NCBI GenBank assembly: GCA_038858525.1
Contig: JAWCFL010000002.1
Span: forward strand, 89,987-121,986
Direction: 5' to 3'
DNA from: Candidatus Jordarchaeales archaeon
GTDB lineage: Archaea; Asgardarchaeota; Jordiarchaeia; Jordiarchaeales; Freyrarchaeaceae
DNA: 32,000 nt
The notes below the pieces were generated by a model that did not search any database, was not told the DNA's origin, and saw only the letters and a list, made by a program, of their open reading frames with translations. Below are positions 9,755 to 17,960 of the stretch, one piece after another. A program made the position numbers and the translations under genes. Position 1 is the stretch's first letter; every line of letters begins with the position of its first letter.

Positions 9755-10594
9755 TCACCATTCCTCCTTTAATGCAGGTATGTTCTCCCTTGGAACAAGC
9801 GTGATGGCTCCTTCTGGGCATGCCGCTCTGCAAACCCCACACCCAAAACATTTCCAAGGGTCAATGTATGCTTTCTCCATCGTTGGGCGGAGCGTGGCAG
9901 CACCAAACTGGCAACGAATCACGCAGCTTCCACATCCTATGCATTTATCTATGTCTAAGAATGCGACGTAGTGCCCCTTCAAAAGGTGATGGACGTTAAA
10001 ATCGATTCTTGGCCTAAGGGCGATGCACTCGGGGTATTCGCAGTTACAGAGAGCGAAGGCGAAAGGAAGCGGGGTTCCAGCAATCGTATGAACGAGCCCT
10101 TTCTCGTCACATTCATCCAGGAAAGCTTTCGCTTCCTCCACGCTGAGAATTTCAACTCCATTAGGAGCGTGGTCAGGGAACACCCTTGCTGTTTCTCCAT
10201 GTAACCCCAATGGCATACACGTGTAAACTTTCTCGTTTCGATTCATCCATCGGCAGGGACACATCACTCTGTAAATTTCCCCAGAAATCTCGACGACCTT
10301 TTTAGCTTCTTCAACCGTAATAACTTGTCCAAGATGCCCTTCAGGAAAAACGCGTGTGCCTTCATCTTTCTGTATCATTGCCTCGATCATTTTCTTCGTT
10401 GGTTCCAGCAGGTTTGGATCATCGAAGACATCAGACAGCGTCTTAGCGGCGTCACCATAAACTTTATCGATCAACTTCCAATGGTCCAGCTCCCACACTT
10501 CGTATCCCAATTCCTTCGCTAACTTCACGGAAAGGTTTCTCTCATTTAGATACCACTTCTTCCCTCCACCATGCTTGTAGCAAAACTTGCACAA
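9755..10594 (-). CDS. Uncharacterised Fe-S protein (Cys-rich core plus C-terminal 2x[4Fe-4S] domain)
   Basis: CKFCxxHG, CPCR, LVHT, CNC-x4-C, CIGCGSCVIRC and CFGCGVCRAACP. TTG at 10594 follows GGTGGG. Confidence 0.8.
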   Translation of the reverse strand: MCKFCYKHGGGKKWYLNERNLSVKLAKELGYEVWELDHWKLIDKVYGDAAKTLSDVFDDPNLLEPTKKMIEAMIQKDEGTRVFPEGHLGQVITVEEAKKVVEISGEIYRVMCPCRWMNRNEKVYTCMPLGLHGETARVFPDHAPNGVEILSVEEAKAFLDECDEKGLVHTIAGTPLPFAFALCNCEYPECIALRPRIDFNVHHLLKGHYVAFLDIDKCIGCGSCVIRCQFGAATLRPTMEKAYIDPWKCFGCGVCRAACPEGAITLVPRENIPALKEEW

Positions 10595-10837
10595 TGTCCC
10601 ACCTTCGCTAAAACCAGCTGTATTATTAGTTTTATTTTTATCTAATGAGAAGAGAGAAGACACCTGAATAAAAGCATTGTTTCGTCTTCCTGCACAAGGC
10701 ATTTTGTGGAAAAAGTATTACACGTACACTTTGGTATAAACACTGACCTATTTTTTGGGAATCAATGCAGGTGTTTCATCGTTGAGAGAACACTTATATA
10801 TTCCTTGAAGTAAATTTAAGACTCGCCTTTTGGTAAT

Positions 10838-11635
10838 TTGAAGGAGGGGACTGAGATTTCAGGGAAAAATCATAGCGGAAAAGTGCTTCTCCTCGACCTC
10901 GACGGGACGCTTGGCTTATCTCTGATACCCGAAGAGGATGCTATATCTGAAACTCTTAAGTTTATTTCTGAGGAGCTCGCTAAGCGTCTCGGCAGGACTA
11001 TTGATGAGGAAGAGATGCGCACCCTCTACAAGGAAACGAAAAACGAGCAGTATAAAATATACCACCTTAACCCTAAAAGACATGACAAGAATTTGAGGTG
11101 GATGATGCTCCTCCATAAACTGGAAAATAAACTGGGTGTAAGGCTGCCTGAAAGTTTTTATGAGGAAGTTAAGGAGCGTTACTGGTCTGTTTTTGAGAGC
11201 AAGGCTGAACCATACCCGGACACGAAAGAAACCCTAGAAAAGCTAATGGAAAAATTCACTGTGGTCATAGTGACTAATAACGACTACGCGGAGGCTCAAA
11301 AAAAGATTAAGTTATTCGGCTTGAAAGAAGGGGAACACTACGATGCCTTAGTCACGTCAGAGGACTTTAACGTTTGTAAGCCATCACCGGAGTTTCTTAA
11401 AAAGCTCTTCCCCTTTCTCGAGCAGAAGTTGAGCCGCATAGTTAGACCCGAACATATCGTCATAGTAGGAGACGACCCTAAGAATGACATAGCATGGGCT
11501 CGAACTATCGGGGCCAAAGCTATAAGAGTCAAAAGGGATCTTCTCGCAAAACATGACCCTAGTAACGAGTCGGAGAAAGCTGACCACGTGATCGAAAACC
11601 TGTCCGAGTTGCTTAAAATCCTTGATAAAGTATGA
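10838..11635 (+). CDS. HAD-superfamily (subfamily IA-like) phosphohydrolase
   Basis: Motif I DLDGTL, motif II TN, motif III KP, motif IV GDDPKND. Confidence 0.86.
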   Translation: MKEGTEISGKNHSGKVLLLDLDGTLGLSLIPEEDAISETLKFISEELAKRLGRTIDEEEMRTLYKETKNEQYKIYHLNPKRHDKNLRWMMLLHKLENKLGVRLPESFYEEVKERYWSVFESKAEPYPDTKETLEKLMEKFTVVIVTNNDYAEAQKKIKLFGLKEGEHYDALVTSEDFNVCKPSPEFLKKLFPFLEQKLSRIVRPEHIVIVGDDPKNDIAWARTIGAKAIRVKRDLLAKHDPSNESEKADHVIENLSELLKILDKV

Positions 11636-12961
11636 GTGTCCGAGCAACGAAGGCCTTCTATTGGAGGTTTATTTATGGATGTGCTTGAGAAAGTTTTTTC
11701 CAAGATAGGGCTGGAGTTCGACGCGGAAATAGGAGCATATGTTCACGTAAAGACGAACATACCTCTCACAGTTCATTATGATGGAGAGAGCGAAGAGCTG
11801 GTTCTACTTGACCAAACTAAGCTTCCATTTGAAGTTACAGTTTGGAAAACAAAGGACTGGAGAGAAGCTGGAAACCCAGGAATAAAAGGAATGATAGTTC
11901 GAGGAAGCCAGGCTATAGGTTGTGCCGCCGGCTACGCAATGTTACTTGCAGCAAACAGCTTCAGAAACCTTAAAGAAGAAAAATTCATGGAAAAGCTTAA
12001 CGAGGCAGCGTTATTCCTGAATTCTACGAGGCCAACAGCTTCTCCTCTAAAATGGGCTGTAGAACTTTGCATAAAAGCAGCACAGAACGCTATTCGGAGC
12101 GGAGGCGTCGAAGAAGCCGTTGAAGCTATCAGAGAGACTGCAGACTACGTGCTTGCCTCCGACTTGATCATGAACTGGTACCTAAGGCAGGAGGGGAAAC
12201 CTCTCATAGAGGACGGCGACGTAATAATGACTCACTGCAATGGCGGAAGCCTTTCCTCGAGTTTTGGGGGACACGCCCTAGGAATGATAGAAGAAGCGTA
12301 CGTTGAGGGAAAAGAACTAATAGTTGTCTCCAAGGAGACCAGACCCAGAAGCCAAGGCTTCAAGCTTACGACGTGGGAGCTTAACAGGGCAGGTGTGCCG
12401 GTGGTGATCATAACAGACAACATGATCTCCTCAGCAATAGAGCGCTTCGGAGTCTCGAAAGTTATACTTGGAGTGGACAGGATTGCAAGAGACGGCTCAG
12501 TAGCTAACAAAATAGGCTCGGCCGACATAGCGCGCATTGCAACACTATACGGAAACATAGACTTCTACTATGCTACATCCTACAGCACCATAGACCTGAA
12601 AACAAGCGAAGGCAGAAGCATCCCTATAGAGGAAAGAAGCATAGACGAAATAACGTACCCATATATCCTTGAAGCAAAAGACAAAAAGGAAAAGGGGATA
12701 ATTTCGAGTAAAAGCCTAGAAGAATGGCCGCCCCAGAAAGTCATCGTCCAAGGAAAACCCGGGAGAGGGCAGATAATGATATATAACCCCGCCTTCGACG
12801 TCACGCCTCCGAAACTAATAGACTTAATCATAACGGACATAGGGATCTTCGCTCCTCAACAGATAAGAACACTAACAGAGGAAAAAATAAATCGGATCGT
12901 GAGGGAGCGACTAGAAAAACAAGGGGTGACAATGCCCAAGTACATATATGTGTGGAGCTGA
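11636..12961 (+). CDS. mtnA: Methylthioribose-1-phosphate isomerase-like protein (MtnA / eIF-2B alpha family), divergent
   Basis: LDQTKLP, MIVRG, TRPTA, THCN, ETRP-x2-QG-x2-LTxWEL, DRI, ANKIG, NPAFDVTP. Starts immediately after the HAD stop codon. Confidence 0.78.
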   Translation: MSEQRRPSIGGLFMDVLEKVFSKIGLEFDAEIGAYVHVKTNIPLTVHYDGESEELVLLDQTKLPFEVTVWKTKDWREAGNPGIKGMIVRGSQAIGCAAGYAMLLAANSFRNLKEEKFMEKLNEAALFLNSTRPTASPLKWAVELCIKAAQNAIRSGGVEEAVEAIRETADYVLASDLIMNWYLRQEGKPLIEDGDVIMTHCNGGSLSSSFGGHALGMIEEAYVEGKELIVVSKETRPRSQGFKLTTWELNRAGVPVVIITDNMISSAIERFGVSKVILGVDRIARDGSVANKIGSADIARIATLYGNIDFYYATSYSTIDLKTSEGRSIPIEERSIDEITYPYILEAKDKKEKGIISSKSLEEWPPQKVIVQGKPGRGQIMIYNPAFDVTPPKLIDLIITDIGIFAPQQIRTLTEEKINRIVRERLEKQGVTMPKYIYVWS

Positions 12962-12963
12962 GC

Positions 12964-12980
12964 GCAAAAACATTTATTAT
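12964..12980 (+). promoter_or_regulatory. BRE/TATA promoter of tRNA-Ser
   Basis: Purine-rich GCAAAAA followed by TTTATTAT about 30 nt upstream of the tRNA 5' end. Confidence 0.6.
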
Positions 12981-13010
12981 TCCTTCTCTGAAATAAGAAG
13001 GACTTGGTAA

Positions 13011-13173
13011 GCGGGGGTTGCCTAGTGGCTAGTTCCGGAGGAACCCATAAAAGGCGCTGGCCTGGAGTTTAAACCGCACCTGAAAGCCAGTGACCCGAAA
13101 AGGTGCATGACGCCGCGCGCCATCATGCGCTATCGGACGGGTCGCGTGGGTTCAAATCCCACCCCCCGCGCCA
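13011..13173 (+). tRNA. tRNA-Ser(GGA) with three introns: D-loop 13031-13050, canonical 37/38 13068-13084, variable arm 13101-13138
   Basis: Acceptor stem GCGGGGG/CCCCCGC, G73 and encoded CCA. Removing the three segments gives D-arm GCCU-AGUGGCUA-AGGC, anticodon arm CUGGC-CUGGAGA-GCCAG, variable arm GACCC-GAAA-GGGUC and T-arm GUGGG-UUCAAAU-CCCAC. Confidence 0.88.
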
Positions 13174-13281
13174 AACACAACGATTCCCCCCAAACGTTGT
13201 TTTATGTCCTTCCTCCAGGAAATTTAGAGGAAAGAGCCGAGTAAGGCTATGTTTTGTGTGAAAAAATAGCTTGCTTGTTTT

Positions 13282-13713
13282 TTATATGTCAAGGACGAAT
13301 ACTAAGCGAGTTTTATCTTTTTTAATGTCGATTTCCATTTCGTGATACGTTGCTGCTTTGACGTCAGTCTTTGACACGTGCTTCTTGTGATTGAACTTTT
13401 CACCCTTTGCTGTCGCCGTTAACCTGTAACGTCCATCTTTCTCTTTCTCTATTGCCTTAACTTTAACCTCGGAGAATACTAGGCCCTCAGCGTCTGTTAG
13501 GTAAATGAATTCTTCAAGCCAGTTGTAAAGGAGACTCTCTAGGTCTTCTCCTTCAACAGTTATGCTCCTTTCTACTTTAGGTTCGATCCTTGAGGTGTCC
13601 GTCATTAATTCGTAGAGTGCTTTAGCTGCCTCTTCGAAGGCTTCTTCGATGGTTTCCCCTTTTGCTTCTATTTTAGCATCAGCGGTGTGCTCGAGAAACC
13701 TAAAGCTGCCCAT
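13282..13713 (-). CDS. Archease (activator of the RtcB tRNA ligase)
   Basis: FRFLEHTAD, LLYNWLEEFIY, VKAATYH, FVLDI. ATG at 13713. Confidence 0.93.
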   Translation of the reverse strand: MGSFRFLEHTADAKIEAKGETIEEAFEEAAKALYELMTDTSRIEPKVERSITVEGEDLESLLYNWLEEFIYLTDAEGLVFSEVKVKAIEKEKDGRYRLTATAKGEKFNHKKHVSKTDVKAATYHEMEIDIKKDKTRLVFVLDI

Positions 13714-13896
13714 AGTTAACACCTCACTCCAGTTTTTATCATAAGTGAAAGAAAAGCTTTCCTGAGTTTTAGAGAAGCATTTCTTAGAGTTTCGAGGAAG
13801 CCATGTGAAAGATCCGAGGGTGTTCTCTGTAATACTAAGCTTCAAAATGTTGGGGGTGAAGGATGACTCGAGAAAGGTCTGGAGGATGAAGCTTGG

Positions 13897-14385
13897 TTGA
13901 AGTACGTTAAGGTTGTTTTTCTGGGGTTGCCCTCGGTTGGCAAGACGAGTATTATAACGCTCTTGAGCGAGAACAGGGTTGTTAAGAGCTACGACCCGAC
14001 GATAGGTGTTGACTTTGGTTCTTTGTCGATCGGCGAATGTGAGGTCTGCATGTGGGACTTCGCAGGGCAGGATAGATTCAGGTTCCTTTGGGACGACTTC
14101 ATAAAGGGGGCGAAGGTGATCTTCGCTGTGAGCGACTCGACCCCGAAAAACGTTCTGCAGACTAAGAGGATAATAGATGAAGTTAGGCAGAAAACTGATG
14201 CGGTTATCATAGGGATAGCTAACAAGCAGGATCTTCCAGGAGCCATGAAACCCAGTCAGGTGGAAAGCATACTTGAAGTTCCAACATACGGCATGGTTGC
14301 AATAGACCCTAGAAAGAGAGTTAAAATGTACAGCATTTTGAGGCAGGCTCTGGAACAGGTGGTTTTAACGGTAGCGAGCAACTAA
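13897..14385 (+). CDS. Ras-superfamily small GTPase (Rab/Arf-like)
   Basis: G1 GLPSVGKT, G2 PTIGVDF, G3 WDFAGQ, G4 NKQD; 162 aa single domain. Confidence 0.9.
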   Translation: MKYVKVVFLGLPSVGKTSIITLLSENRVVKSYDPTIGVDFGSLSIGECEVCMWDFAGQDRFRFLWDDFIKGAKVIFAVSDSTPKNVLQTKRIIDEVRQKTDAVIIGIANKQDLPGAMKPSQVESILEVPTYGMVAIDPRKRVKMYSILRQALEQVVLTVASN

Positions 14386-14458
14386 CCGGATTTTTTCCTT
14401 AGCGTTTTACAAAAAATTTATGTCTTTCTCCTTCAACCTGAATAAAAGGGGTTTCCGA

Positions 14459-14812
14459 GTGAGTTCATACAGTTTTGGACCGGCAGGAAAGTATTCGCCA
14501 AAACCACATGCTGCCCCTAAGGACATTAAGGAGATATCATTACTAGACCGCACTGTGAGAATTATGGGTGTGGTGGTGGAGTCAACTTCAAGTTATATTG
14601 TCGTTGATGATGGAACAGGGATTATTAAAGTGCTCCTGCCGAGTGAAACTTCTGTTCCTGAAGTTGGGAGGATCGTTAGGGTTTTTGGCTCAGTATCCCA
14701 AAATGGGAAAGGAAGCGTATACATAAATGCGGAGATCATACAGGACATGAGTTCCTTAGATTTGGGGCTTTACAGGAAAGTTAAGAAGATTAAAAAGCAT
14801 GGTTTAACATGA
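14459..14812 (+). CDS. OB-fold protein resembling the archaeal RPA small subunit (RPA14/RPA3-like)
   Basis: I-x-EI...V-x-I-x-G...DDGTG...P-x-VG-x-IVRV-x-G...AEIIQD-x-S-x-LDL pattern, recalled as similar to Thermococcales RPA14. GTG at 14459 is preferred over ATG at 14420, which sits in a TATA-like element. Confidence 0.65.
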   Translation: MSSYSFGPAGKYSPKPHAAPKDIKEISLLDRTVRIMGVVVESTSSYIVVDDGTGIIKVLLPSETSVPEVGRIVRVFGSVSQNGKGSVYINAEIIQDMSSLDLGLYRKVKKIKKHGLT

Positions 14813-14843
14813 AGATTAAGGGTGTTATGAAGGAGGGGAAAAC

Positions 14844-15599
14844 TTGCCGTTTAGAGCGAAGTTTTCAGACGCGAAAACTTGGAAGCGGGTCATCGACGCG
14901 ATAAGCGTACTTGTAGATGAGGCTGTCTTTAAGGCGAGTAAAGATGCCGTGAAAGTTAGAGCGATGGATCCAAGCCATGTCGCTATGGTGGACGTCTATC
15001 TTCCCGTCGGAATATTTGATGAATACGAGTGCAGTGGCGAGGTAGCTATAGGGATGAGCCTTGACGAGATGGGGAAAGTAATGCGTAGAGCAGGTGCAAG
15101 CGACGAATTGGAGCTCGTTCTTGACGAAGCTGCAGGCAGCCTTCGCGTGCATCTTAAGGGGGCCACCACACGAACCTTTAGGCTGTCCCTCCTAGATATA
15201 GGAGGGGAAGAGCCGCCTACGCCATCCATCAAGTTTAACGTTGAAGCGAAAATGCTGTCTGACGCCCTTGTTCAAGCGCTAAAAGACGCTGAGCTGTTCA
15301 GTGATCACGTGCAGATCTCAGCAACTCCTGAGGGGTTGCGTATTGCCGCTTCAGGCGACACGAGCGGAGTAGAAGTCAAGATAGACAAAGGAAGTGAGGC
15401 TCTCTTAGAGCTTAACGCGACGGAAAGTTCAAAGGCAATATATGCGCTAAGCTACCTTTCAGACATGATCAAGGCGGCTTCCGTGAGCGAAACAGTGACC
15501 ATCGCCTTCTCCACGGATATGCCTTTAAAACTTGAGTTTAGGGTTCTCGGAGAGGGAAAAGTAACATACTGGCTTGCTCCTAGGATCGAGGCAGAATAA
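14844..15599 (+). CDS. pcn: DNA sliding clamp PCNA
   Basis: AMDPSHVAMV, C-terminal YWLAPRIE; 251 aa. Confidence 0.97.
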   Translation: MPFRAKFSDAKTWKRVIDAISVLVDEAVFKASKDAVKVRAMDPSHVAMVDVYLPVGIFDEYECSGEVAIGMSLDEMGKVMRRAGASDELELVLDEAAGSLRVHLKGATTRTFRLSLLDIGGEEPPTPSIKFNVEAKMLSDALVQALKDAELFSDHVQISATPEGLRIAASGDTSGVEVKIDKGSEALLELNATESSKAIYALSYLSDMIKAASVSETVTIAFSTDMPLKLEFRVLGEGKVTYWLAPRIEAE

Positions 15600-15647
15600 G
15601 AGGGGACTTTAAAACATCAACCTCTCCTTTAAATTTATTAGAAGCTA

Positions 15648-16700
15648 TTGAAGAGGAGAGGGTGCAAAATAATTTCTCGCCATTTTATTGCGAAGTATCC
15701 TTTCACGCTTGAGGCTCAGACATGGCTTAAGGAGAGAAAAATAGACTTAGACGACTTAGTTAGGGAAGAATACCGTATTGTTCTAGAGAGGGGAAAGGAG
15801 AGGGTTTTAAGTGCCCTTGAGGAAGGGGTTGTTTCTCTTGGCCTAGACGACCCTGAAGCCGAGTTTCTCTCTTTCCCCGTGGCTAGATTGATTGTCGAGG
15901 TTGTTGGAGACCCTTTCTTACGGCACAGGTTCGCGGTGGCTGAGGCGAAGAGGGCTCAAGGCTTATTTAGAAACGAGGATGATGACACGCTGATCGCCAT
16001 AGCGACGCAAACCTTCGGTATTAATTGCAAGTTTGCTAGGAAGGATATTGGCGGAAGAAGGTACCCATTCAAGATCCACTTTGCAGATTACTTGAGGTAC
16101 GCATCCGGCTTTCATGACCCATACTGGAAGCTCGTTAACAGAGTCCTTTCGGGGGGATACGTCTTTCTCGTAAAGGAGGATTTTACGAGAATACTGGCTA
16201 GCGCTGTCGAGAAAAAGCTCTCAGAGCCACGAGAGCCACCCGTAAAGGTGCCTTCCGAGGTAAAGCAGATTGTAAGTGAGATTGCAATTAGAGTTATAGA
16301 TAAACGCGAGAAATACGCTTTCGAGAAGGTGGAGGGGGAGATTGTGGAGGAAGCGTTTCCCCCATGCATAGCAGCGCTTGTATCGGCGCTGCGGAGAAGC
16401 CAGTCTCTCTCTCACAATGCAAGGTTTACTTTGACCTCGTTTCTCCTCAACGTAGGCTACCCTGTCGAGAAGGTTATTTCGCTTTTCAGTGAGGTGCCTG
16501 ACTTCAAGGAGGACTTGACAAGGTACCAGGTTGAACACATTGCAGGCATGAAGAGTGGAACAAGGTATACGCCTCCAAAGTGTGAAACCATGAGGACATA
16601 TGGTTTGTGCCTGTCGCGTGAAGAATGCGGAAACGTGAAACACCCTCTCGAGTATTACAGAAAGCATAGACGACGCCACATGAAGGAGGCGGAAAGTTGA
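15648..16700 (+). CDS. priL: DNA primase large subunit PriL
   Basis: KYPF, WKLVNR-x-L-x-GGYV, FPPCI, HNARFTL, YTPPKC-x-TM-x4-LC Fe-S domain. The start codon is uncertain. Confidence 0.93.
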   Translation: MKRRGCKIISRHFIAKYPFTLEAQTWLKERKIDLDDLVREEYRIVLERGKERVLSALEEGVVSLGLDDPEAEFLSFPVARLIVEVVGDPFLRHRFAVAEAKRAQGLFRNEDDDTLIAIATQTFGINCKFARKDIGGRRYPFKIHFADYLRYASGFHDPYWKLVNRVLSGGYVFLVKEDFTRILASAVEKKLSEPREPPVKVPSEVKQIVSEIAIRVIDKREKYAFEKVEGEIVEEAFPPCIAALVSALRRSQSLSHNARFTLTSFLLNVGYPVEKVISLFSEVPDFKEDLTRYQVEHIAGMKSGTRYTPPKCETMRTYGLCLSREECGNVKHPLEYYRKHRRRHMKEAES

Positions 16701-17947
16701 GTCTAAATGACAGACAGACGAAAAACGAAGTTTTCCTTAAAAACCTCTTCAGAAAGTATTATCAGGAGAATAAGGTGGAGCCTCCCTCTTCAATGGAAAA
16801 GAGGGAGTTTGGTTTCATGTTCTTCGGTGCGCAAACCATGGTGAGGCACCTCGCATTCTCGGAGCCTGAAAGTCTTCAACGATTTCTGGTATCTAGAGCA
16901 CCCTCTAACGCTTTTCACTCCGCGGCATATTACGCAAAGCCAGATGCTACAAGAATGGATGAGAAGGTATGGGAAGGGTGCGATCTCGTATTCGACATTG
17001 ACGCAGACCACCTTAAAACCTCCTGTAAGGAGGTACATGATAAATGGATTTGCCAGCACTGCGGGCAAAGCGGTCCAGGAAAGAAGCCCGAGAAGTGCCC
17101 GGTATGCGGGGAGCAAAACATAGAAGAAAAAACATGGCTATGCGAAGAATGTCTGGAGACGGCTAAAGACGAGCTGACTAAGCTAATTGAGGATTACCTG
17201 ACGGCTGATTTTGGCATTAGCACAGATGAATTAAAAGTGGTTTTCTCGGGGCATAGAGGGTACCATGTCCACGTGACCTCAGAAGCACTGCTAGACTTGG
17301 ATCAGAACGCAAGACGCGAAATAGTGGATTACATAAAGGGCGTGGGTCTCGAGCCGCGTTATCATGGACTTGTTGAGGCACGTGATGGAAGAAGTAAGAT
17401 ACTAAGGGGACCAAGGGCCAATGAAGATGGGTGGAGGGGGAGGCTGACTAGGGGTGTAGTCAAAACCATATTATCTATGGATGAAAGCAGCATTCCTCAG
17501 GAAAGAAAAGTGAAGAATGCTTTACGAGTTTTACTGAAAGATAAGGATAAGGTGGCTGATTCGTTGAGGGAGGGAGTGTGGGACACTGTAAGGGGGGTTG
17601 GAATTGATGTTTGGGGGTATATAGCGAGGCTTGCTGTTGAGAAAGTTGGAGGGAGAATCGACGAGCCGGTAACGGCGGACATTAGGAGGTTAATAAGGCT
17701 CCCCACATCCCTGCACGGGAAAACCGGCTTTAAAGTTTGCCCCGTCCCACTAAGAGAGCTCTCATCCTTTGATCCCTTCAAACACGCGTTAGCATTCAGG
17801 GGAGAAGCGACCATCCACGTAGACGAAGCCCCAAAGTTCAGAGTTGGGGAGGAGGAGTTTGGCCCATTTAAAGATGAGGACGTGGAGCTCCCTCTTTCAG
17901 CAGCTGTTTTACTAATATGTAAAGGATTTGCGTACCTGAGGGGATGA
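16697..17947 (+). CDS. priS: DNA primase small (catalytic) subunit PriS
   Basis: REFGF, DLVFDIDAD, FSGHRGYHVHV, IDEPVTADIRRLIRLPTSLHGKTG. Confidence 0.96.
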   Translation: MSLNDRQTKNEVFLKNLFRKYYQENKVEPPSSMEKREFGFMFFGAQTMVRHLAFSEPESLQRFLVSRAPSNAFHSAAYYAKPDATRMDEKVWEGCDLVFDIDADHLKTSCKEVHDKWICQHCGQSGPGKKPEKCPVCGEQNIEEKTWLCEECLETAKDELTKLIEDYLTADFGISTDELKVVFSGHRGYHVHVTSEALLDLDQNARREIVDYIKGVGLEPRYHGLVEARDGRSKILRGPRANEDGWRGRLTRGVVKTILSMDESSIPQERKVKNALRVLLKDKDKVADSLREGVWDTVRGVGIDVWGYIARLAVEKVGGRIDEPVTADIRRLIRLPTSLHGKTGFKVCPVPLRELSSFDPFKHALAFRGEATIHVDEAPKFRVGEEEFGPFKDEDVELPLSAAVLLICKGFAYLRG

Positions 17948-17960
17948 ATGGGGGTTAAGA

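Noticed and set aside
13062-13085. Alternative splice giving tRNA-Ser(UGA) via an intron at 33/34, or a tRNA-Sec
   Set aside because: The BHB core for that cut pairs at only 2 of 4 positions, against 3 of 4 plus correct geometry for the canonical 37/38 cut. The arm lengths are those of an ordinary tRNA-Ser and the anticodon is not UCA.
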